In this document: positions 26,264-32,000 of the stretch, in pieces
Position numbering within the stretch: position 1 is the stretch's first letter
How the letters are laid out: each line of letters starts with the position of its first letter
From: an uncultured bacterium
GTDB lineage: Bacteria > Auribacterota > JACPWU01
Reading direction: 5' to 3'
Length of the DNA stretch: 32,000 nt
Assembly: GCA_964640155.1 (NCBI GenBank)
Contig: CAZXEQ010000002.1
Span: 390,001 to 422,000, forward strand
The notes under the pieces: generated by a model
Seen by the model: the letters and a program-made list of their open reading frames with translations, nothing else
Database searches by the model: none
What the model was told of the DNA's origin: nothing
Translations under genes and position numbers: made by a program

Positions 26264-26924
26264 GTGCGTTTTAGCTATTCTGATCAAAAGTCCTATTGCC
26301 AGAGAGGTTAAAACACGATTGACTCCATTCCTTTCAGGGAAATCAGCAAATCTTCTTTATCATTCTTTTATCAAAGATATTCTTTATCAATTTTCTCGCT
26401 TGAGTCATATAAAAAAGGTGATTGCTCTTTCAGGAAACCCCTCGTTTTTAAATCAAATTCATTTCAAAAGGTTTGATTGTATAGACCAGGGGGCAGGTTC
26501 TTTTGGAGAAAAATTACTTCGTGTTTTTCAAATGCTTTTTCAGCAAGGATTTTTTAAAGTGATTGTCATGAGTTCAGATAGTCCCAATTTACCTTCTTCT
26601 TTTATTAAAAAAGCTTTTCAAATGTTAAGAAGTAAAGATGTGGTGTTAGGTCCTGCTTGGGATGGAGGGTATTATTTGATGGGGTTTAATCAAATGCCTG
26701 ATAAACGCTTTTTTGAAGGGATTTCATGGAGTACAAGTTCTGTTCTTCTTGAAACAGTGATCCAGGCTAAGAGACTAAAAAAAAGTATGGGATTTCTTCC
26801 GGCTTGGTATGATATTGATCGTCCATCGGATTTAAAACTTTTGAGTTTAGATATTCAATCATCAAAGAGGGGAAAAAATATTAAAAATATCTTTGGAACT
26901 TTAAAATTTCTCAAGATGGTGTAA
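26250..26924 (+). CDS. DUF2064 / TIGR04282-family putative glycosyltransferase
   Basis: AILIKSPIAREVKTRL, VMSSDSPNLP and GPAWDGGYYLMG are typical DUF2064 motifs. 14-nt overlap with the upstream GT2 gene. Confidence 0.75.
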   Translation: MIYDKCVLAILIKSPIAREVKTRLTPFLSGKSANLLYHSFIKDILYQFSRLSHIKKVIALSGNPSFLNQIHFKRFDCIDQGAGSFGEKLLRVFQMLFQQGFFKVIVMSSDSPNLPSSFIKKAFQMLRSKDVVLGPAWDGGYYLMGFNQMPDKRFFEGISWSTSSVLLETVIQAKRLKKSMGFLPAWYDIDRPSDLKLLSLDIQSSKRGKNIKNIFGTLKFLKMV

Positions 26925-26983
26925 GATTAGTAGCATAAACTCTTTTGAGTCGGTAAGTTAACTTATTTAAGAAAGGTTATTTT

Positions 26984-27460
26984 ATGAAAAATTTTAAAGT
27001 TTGGTTGAGCGTATTCTTTTTGATAATCGTTTCTAACTTGGGTCATGCAGAGCTAGCAAAAGATTTTATCTCAAGCGATTTGGATGGTAAAACTTTTAAA
27101 TTTTCAGATGTGAAAGGCAAGGTGATTATCTTAGATTTTTGGGCAACCTGGTGCCCTCCTTGTCGAGAAGAAATTCCTCATTTTATTGAATTACAAAATA
27201 CTTATGGGGCTCAAGGTCTTGAGGTGATTGGGATTGCGCTAGATCGCAAGGGCGCTAAAGTGGTGAGGCCTTTTGCAAAAAAGTATAAAATTAACTATAA
27301 AGTGTTGGTTGGAGATGCTTCAAAAATTGCTGAAAGCTATGGGGGTGTGGTAGGAATTCCCACTACCTTTATAATTGACAGAGATGGGAATGTTATTGAG
27401 AAATATGTGGGATATGTTGAAAAGGAAGAATTTGAGAAGCATATCAAAGCTTTGCTTTGA
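26984..27460 (+). CDS. TlpA/ResA-like periplasmic thiol:disulfide oxidoreductase
   Basis: Signal peptide plus FWATWCPPCREEIP thioredoxin motif; 158 aa. Confidence 0.88.
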   Translation: MKNFKVWLSVFFLIIVSNLGHAELAKDFISSDLDGKTFKFSDVKGKVIILDFWATWCPPCREEIPHFIELQNTYGAQGLEVIGIALDRKGAKVVRPFAKKYKINYKVLVGDASKIAESYGGVVGIPTTFIIDRDGNVIEKYVGYVEKEEFEKHIKALL

Positions 27461-27484
27461 TCGAGGAATTAGGGATGGTTCATT

Positions 27485-30400
27485 GTGGATCGGAAAAGAA
27501 AAAGACGCAGCTTGAAAAATCACAATACACAATCCCCCCTATCTCATTTACTTATTGAAAAGCTTAAACAAGCGCTTCTCTCAAAAAAATTAGCTCTCTC
27601 TCTAGAGAAAAAATTAAAAAGTTTTGGTTTTTCAAATCCTCAAACTGCGTTTAGAAATCTTTTAACCCTCAGTGAAAATCCTGTTGCACAACAGGATTTT
27701 TTTGAGATTTTAATCTATCTTTTAGAATTACTTCAGAAATCTCCCTCTTGTGATTTGTCGCTCAATCATTTCGAACGTTTCTGCGCGAATGTCTCTAGTC
27801 CCTCACGTCTCTATACTTTCTTAAAAAAAGCTCCACGTAGTTTTGAAATGATAATTCGTCTTTTTGGTACAAGTCCTGCGTTGTCACAAACTCTGATTCG
27901 CAATCCAGAATATTTTGATTGGCTCTATGACCCTTTTGTTTTAGATAGGACGTGGGGAAAAGAAGATTTTCATAATGAAATTGATGCTGTTCTTGAACAA
28001 ACTCAATATTCTACATCTGCATTAAATACGCTTAGACGTTTCAAACGCCGACAAATGTTAAGAATTGGTGTTAGAGACATGCTCTCTTTAAGTGATCTGG
28101 AAGAAACAACACGTGACATTTCATTTTTAGCAGATGTTTGTTTAGAATGGGCAATGCGTGTGGCGTATCGAGAGTTAAAAGTAAAATTTGGAGAGCCTCA
28201 ATGTGAAACAAATGTGAGTCAGCTTTCTTCTTTTGTGGTGATTGGAATGGGAAAATTAGGAGGACTTGAACTCAATTACAGTTCGGATATTGATGTGATG
28301 TTTGTTTATTTAGAAGAAGGGAAAAGTTCAGGAGGAAGCGAAAAATCAATCGATAATCATCGCTTTTTTACACGACTTGCTGAAAGAATGCTGCAAATCT
28401 TGAGCTCCATGACATCGGAAGGAACGGTGTATCGCGTAGATACACGTTTGAGGCCTGAGGGTGCTACAGGCCCTTTGGTAAGGTCTTTAGAGAGCTTTGA
28501 GCATTATTACGCGACGTGGGGGAGAGCTTGGGAAAGACAAGCCTTGATAAAAGCCAGGGCAGTTGCAGGCGATATCGCTCTTGGAGAGCATTTTTTGAAA
28601 ACGCTTAATCCCTTCATTTATCGGCGGTATATGGATTATCAAGCCATTGAAGAAATGAAAGCCATTAAGCTTCGTATTGAGGAAGAAGTGACTCGAAAAG
28701 GAGAAAATGCACGTGATGTTAAATTGGGGGTAGGAGGGATTCGTGAAATTGAATTTGGTGTTCAAATTCTTCAACTGTTGTATGGAGGGAAAATAGAATC
28801 TTTGCGACAAAGAGGGACTTTGGGTGCAATTCGTAGTCTCCAGCAAGAAGGTTTGCTCAAGAAAGAAGATGTAGATCTTTTAAAAGAGGCTTACGTTTTT
28901 TTAAGAAGGGTGGAACATCTTTTGCAATTGGAGCAAGAAAGACAAACGCATGTTTTGCCTGAGGATTTGGAGAGATTAGATTTATTAGCCCGTCGTCTGG
29001 GATATGCTTCAAAGGAAAAATTTTTGGAACAACATCAAGCCTATACGAAAAAGGTACATTCTTTTTATCAAAATGTTTTTTCAGATTTACAGGCATCAAA
29101 GAGGACAGAAAATCCGCTAGCTCATTTTTTTGAGACAGGAGAGTTGACAGATGAAGAAAAAAAAGTATTCCAAAATTTAGGGTTTAAAGATATCGAAAGC
29201 GCAGCAAGAAATTTTTTGTCTTTGTCTCGGGGACAAGATTATACGCATATTTCATCAGAGACTTTGCGTGATTTTATGAATTTTTTACCCATTCTTTTGA
29301 AAGCCCTTGAAAAATCATTTGATCCAGACCAGTCTTTGATTGGATTAGAAAGGTTTATTACTTCTTATCAAACACGAAGTGGGTTTTTTCAAACGCTTCA
29401 GTCTAGTGAAAAGTTGTGCGAGCTTTTGGTCTTACTTTTTGGTTTAAGCCCATTCTTGGGAGATATTCTGATTCGCAATCCTCATTTTTTTGATTTTGTT
29501 GCAAGTGGGATGTTTGAAGAAAATTATTTCGAAGAAACAGGTCATGATTGTATGCATATCCTGGAGAAAACTCATGATTTTGAAAAGAAAATTTTAATGC
29601 TTCGAGAGTATCGAGACTTAGAAATCTTGAAAGAGGGATTAAGGGATATTTTAGGATTACATGTTTCAATGCAAGTGATCGAGGGGCTAAATCTTCTTGC
29701 AGAAAGAGTTATGATTTGTGCTTTTGAAATTTCAAAAAATTTTTTCGAAGAAAAATATCATCGTCTTTGTCCTTCTCTGGCGGTTATAGGCCTTGGAAAA
29801 TTAGGGGCGCATGAACTCAATTATGCCTCTGATTTAGATGTTCTTTTTGTAGGGCCTGAAAATCAGGAACAACTTCAAGAGGCTTCTCGTTTAGCCAACA
29901 TCTTCATGGATGTTCTGTCAGGGAAGATGACAGGTAAGGCTTTGTATGAAGTGGATACTCGCCTAAGACCCGATGGTTCTAAAGGACCTTTGGTTCCTTC
30001 TCTAGGGGCTTGCCGGGATTATTATCAAGCTTCGAATGCGATTTGGGAAAGAATGGCTTTTACAAAGGCTCGTTTCATTGTGGGAGATGAGACTTTAGGA
30101 AATGCGGCAATCCATCTTCTTTCGCAATTTGTATTTCAAAATCTTCCTATGACAACGCAAGTTGAAGAAATTAAAAGTCTACGTGAACAGATTTTTCAGG
30201 AACGCTGTAAAGATTTACCTGAAGGTTTTGAAGTGAAATCGGGCATAGGGGGTCTTTTAGATATTGAATTTCTTGCGCAATTTCTGCAATTGAAGTGGGG
30301 ACAAGAACATCCAGAATTAAGACAATCTCACACTCTTATTTTACTTCAACGCCTTGCTTCTAGTGGCATTTTACCTCAAGAAGAGGTAGGGCTTTTGGTC

Positions 30401-30604
30401 GAGGCATATCTTTTTTATCGTGATATCGAAAGCACATTGCGTTTGGTGCAAGATCGGTCCACGAACTTTATCCCACATGACCCTGAATGGGCTCGCAAGA
30501 TTCAAAAAAAGATGGGATTGGAAGTAAATCCTGAGAAGTTTTTTGAAAGGCTAGAGCATTTTTCAAGAAATGTGAGATATCTTTATATGAAATATCTAAA
30601 ATAA
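27485..30604 (+). CDS. glnE: Bifunctional glutamine synthetase adenylyltransferase/adenylyl-removing enzyme
   Basis: 1039 aa with two nucleotidyltransferase cores: GMGKLGGLELNYSSDIDVMFVY...YRVDTRLRPEG and GLGKLGAHELNYASDLDVLFV...YEVDTRLRPDG. The GTG start is uncertain. Confidence 0.9.
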   Translation: MDRKRKRRSLKNHNTQSPLSHLLIEKLKQALLSKKLALSLEKKLKSFGFSNPQTAFRNLLTLSENPVAQQDFFEILIYLLELLQKSPSCDLSLNHFERFCANVSSPSRLYTFLKKAPRSFEMIIRLFGTSPALSQTLIRNPEYFDWLYDPFVLDRTWGKEDFHNEIDAVLEQTQYSTSALNTLRRFKRRQMLRIGVRDMLSLSDLEETTRDISFLADVCLEWAMRVAYRELKVKFGEPQCETNVSQLSSFVVIGMGKLGGLELNYSSDIDVMFVYLEEGKSSGGSEKSIDNHRFFTRLAERMLQILSSMTSEGTVYRVDTRLRPEGATGPLVRSLESFEHYYATWGRAWERQALIKARAVAGDIALGEHFLKTLNPFIYRRYMDYQAIEEMKAIKLRIEEEVTRKGENARDVKLGVGGIREIEFGVQILQLLYGGKIESLRQRGTLGAIRSLQQEGLLKKEDVDLLKEAYVFLRRVEHLLQLEQERQTHVLPEDLERLDLLARRLGYASKEKFLEQHQAYTKKVHSFYQNVFSDLQASKRTENPLAHFFETGELTDEEKKVFQNLGFKDIESAARNFLSLSRGQDYTHISSETLRDFMNFLPILLKALEKSFDPDQSLIGLERFITSYQTRSGFFQTLQSSEKLCELLVLLFGLSPFLGDILIRNPHFFDFVASGMFEENYFEETGHDCMHILEKTHDFEKKILMLREYRDLEILKEGLRDILGLHVSMQVIEGLNLLAERVMICAFEISKNFFEEKYHRLCPSLAVIGLGKLGAHELNYASDLDVLFVGPENQEQLQEASRLANIFMDVLSGKMTGKALYEVDTRLRPDGSKGPLVPSLGACRDYYQASNAIWERMAFTKARFIVGDETLGNAAIHLLSQFVFQNLPMTTQVEEIKSLREQIFQERCKDLPEGFEVKSGIGGLLDIEFLAQFLQLKWGQEHPELRQSHTLILLQRLASSGILPQEEVGLLVEAYLFYRDIESTLRLVQDRSTNFIPHDPEWARKIQKKMGLEVNPEKFFERLEHFSRNVRYLYMKYLK

Positions 30605-30620
30605 AAAACCCAAAATTCAT

Positions 30621-31085
30621 ATGAAAAAAATCTATTTTTTTATCCTTTCATTTTTGTTTTCTTTCTCTTTCCTTTATGCGGGAGAAAAATATTCTTTTAG
30701 AGTTCAACGTGTCATTGATGGAGACACAATTGAATTAGAAACAGGAGAACACGTCCGTTATATTGGTATTGATACCCCTGAAACACGTCAGCGTAAAGGA
30801 GATCAATGGATTTATAAGCCTCAACCTTTTGCTAGAGAGGCAAAAATCCTAAATGAAAAATTAGTTAAACATCAACAAGTGCAATTGGAGTTTGATGTGC
30901 AACCTAAAGATCGGTATGGTCGACTCTTGGCCTATGTTTATGTAGGAGATCGCTTTGTCAATCTTGAGCTTATTCAATCTGGTTTAGCCCGACTTTTAAC
31001 GATTCCTCCCAATGTGAAGTATGCGCATCAATTTCGTGATGCTTACAGGAAAGCAAAAGAAAAAAAGCAAGGGATGTGGGAATAA
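30621..31085 (+). CDS. Secreted thermonuclease (SNase/micrococcal nuclease family)
   Basis: Signal peptide, then VIDGDTIEL...VRYIGIDTPE...DRYGRLLAYVY, SNase-like. Confidence 0.85.
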   Translation: MKKIYFFILSFLFSFSFLYAGEKYSFRVQRVIDGDTIELETGEHVRYIGIDTPETRQRKGDQWIYKPQPFAREAKILNEKLVKHQQVQLEFDVQPKDRYGRLLAYVYVGDRFVNLELIQSGLARLLTIPPNVKYAHQFRDAYRKAKEKKQGMWE

Positions 31086-31090
31086 AAAAA

Positions 31091-31118
31091 GCCCTCTGAG
31101 TGATCAGAGGGCTTTTTT
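31091..31118. terminator. Bidirectional intrinsic terminator between the convergent nuclease gene and glnA
   Basis: Perfect 8-bp GC-rich stem gccctctg (31091-31098) / cagagggc (31105-31112). It is flanked by an A-run upstream and a T-run (31113-31118) downstream. Confidence 0.85.
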
Positions 31119-31140
31119 GTTCTAACAGATGCTTTAGGAA

Positions 31141-32000
31141 TCACGCATCATAGTACAAGAAGAATTCATAAGGATGAGGTCTTAAACGAACCGCATCATA
31201 TTCTGCTTTTGTCTTGTACTCAATCCAGGTTTCAATCACATCATCTGTGAAGACATCACCTTTCATTAAGAATTCATGATCTTTTTCCAAAGCCTTTAAG
31301 GCCTGATCTAGAGAAGAAGGTACACTGGGTACTTTCTTTAACTCACTTGGAGGAAGATCATAAATGTTCTTATCAAGAGGTTCCCCAGGATGAATCTTAT
31401 TTTGAATTCCATCCAAGCCTGCCATCAACATGGCTGCAAAAGCCAAGTAAGGATTGCAAGAAGGATCAGGGAATCTAACTTCGATTCTCTTGGCTTTTGG
31501 ACTTTCTGAGTACATCGGGATTCTGACAGAAGCACTGCGATTACGTGAAGAATAGGCCAAATTTACTGGAGCTTCATAGCCTGGAACCAATCTCTTGTAA
31601 GAGTTGGTTGTTGGAGCTACGAAAGCACAAAGGGCTGGCGCATGCTTTAAAATACCACCGATATAATAAAGACACATATCGCTTAAGCCTGCATAACCTT
31701 TGCCAGCAAATAGGGGCTTGCCAGCCTTCCAAATGCTTTGATGAACATGCATTCCAGAGCCATTATCACCGAATAAAGGCTTAGGCATGAAAGTCGCTGT
31801 CTTTCCATACTTTACAGCAACGTTTTTAACCACATATTTGTAAATCATGACTTGATCGGCCATGGAGGTCAATGGGCTGAAGCGAATATCAATTTCAGCT
31901 TGACCCGCCGTAGCAACTTCATGATGCTGTCTTTCGATGGAAAGACCCATGACTTCCATCATGGCAACCATTTCGTTACGAATGTCTTGAAGGGCATCTG
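31141..32000 (-). CDS. glnA: Type I glutamine synthetase, C-terminal part (gene continues beyond window)
   Basis: [44 protein letters not shown] and [15 protein letters not shown]. The reading frame stays open to position 32000. Confidence 0.95.
   Translation of the reverse strand, partial: DALQDIRNEMVAMMEVMGLSIERQHHEVATAGQAEIDIRFSPLTSMADQVMIYKYVVKNVAVKYGKTATFMPKPLFGDNGSGMHVHQSIWKAGKPLFAGKGYAGLSDMCLYYIGGILKHAPALCAFVAPTTNSYKRLVPGYEAPVNLAYSSRNRSASVRIPMYSESPKAKRIEVRFPDPSCNPYLAFAAMLMAGLDGIQNKIHPGEPLDKNIYDLPPSELKKVPSVPSSLDQALKALEKDHEFLMKGDVFTDDVIETWIEYKTKAEYDAVRLRPHPYEFFLYYDA

Noticed and set aside
26969-26978. 10-nt perfect palindrome AAGTTAACTT upstream of the TlpA-like gene, considered as an operator
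   Set aside because: It is a short AT-rich palindrome expected by chance, with no second site or supporting context.
1-32000. Looked for CRISPR arrays, IS or transposase genes, integrases, toxin-antitoxin or defence-system genes, rRNA and tRNA genes
   Set aside because: None were found. Every ORF over about 90 aa is accounted for by housekeeping or conserved-hypothetical genes, and no spaced direct-repeat arrays are visible.

Overview
AT-rich, tightly packed bacterial chromosome segment, mostly housekeeping genes. Positions 1-11180 (+) hold the distal S10 operon plus the spc and alpha ribosomal-protein operons: rpsC' through rplO, secY, adk, map, infA, rpsM-rpsK-rpsD-rpoA-rplQ. rpmD (L30) and rpmJ (L36) are absent from their usual slots. 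Downstream on + are a Minf_1886-like gene coupled to rplQ, a double M16 peptidase, a DUF1844 gene, two small hypotheticals and murJ. On the minus strand are pabC, pabB and an AMP-forming acyl-CoA ligase. The + strand then resumes with a poly-gamma-glutamate cluster (pgsB-pgsC, a non-CapA third gene, and an internally duplicated secreted protein). It continues with ptsN, a GT2/DUF2064 pair, a TlpA-like thioredoxin, glnE and a secreted SNase-type nuclease, followed by a convergent partial glnA. No rRNA, tRNA, CRISPR, transposase, integrase or recognisable defence genes were seen. The one thing the gene map does not explain is a 78-nt GC-rich palindromic element (51/78 G+C). It occurs as two inverted copies, 69/78 identical with no indels and one compensatory stem change. 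One copy sits in the only large intergenic gap (pabB-pabC), nested in an AT-rich hairpin. The other is inserted in-frame as 26 codons inside pabB, and an 11-nt terminal fragment lies just upstream of pabB. This resembles Rickettsia-type in-frame palindromic elements, but I do not recognise it as a named family. Gene content (Minf_1886 family, DUF1844, PgsBC without CapA) weakly suggests a PVC-group or candidate-phylum bacterium; that is inference only.
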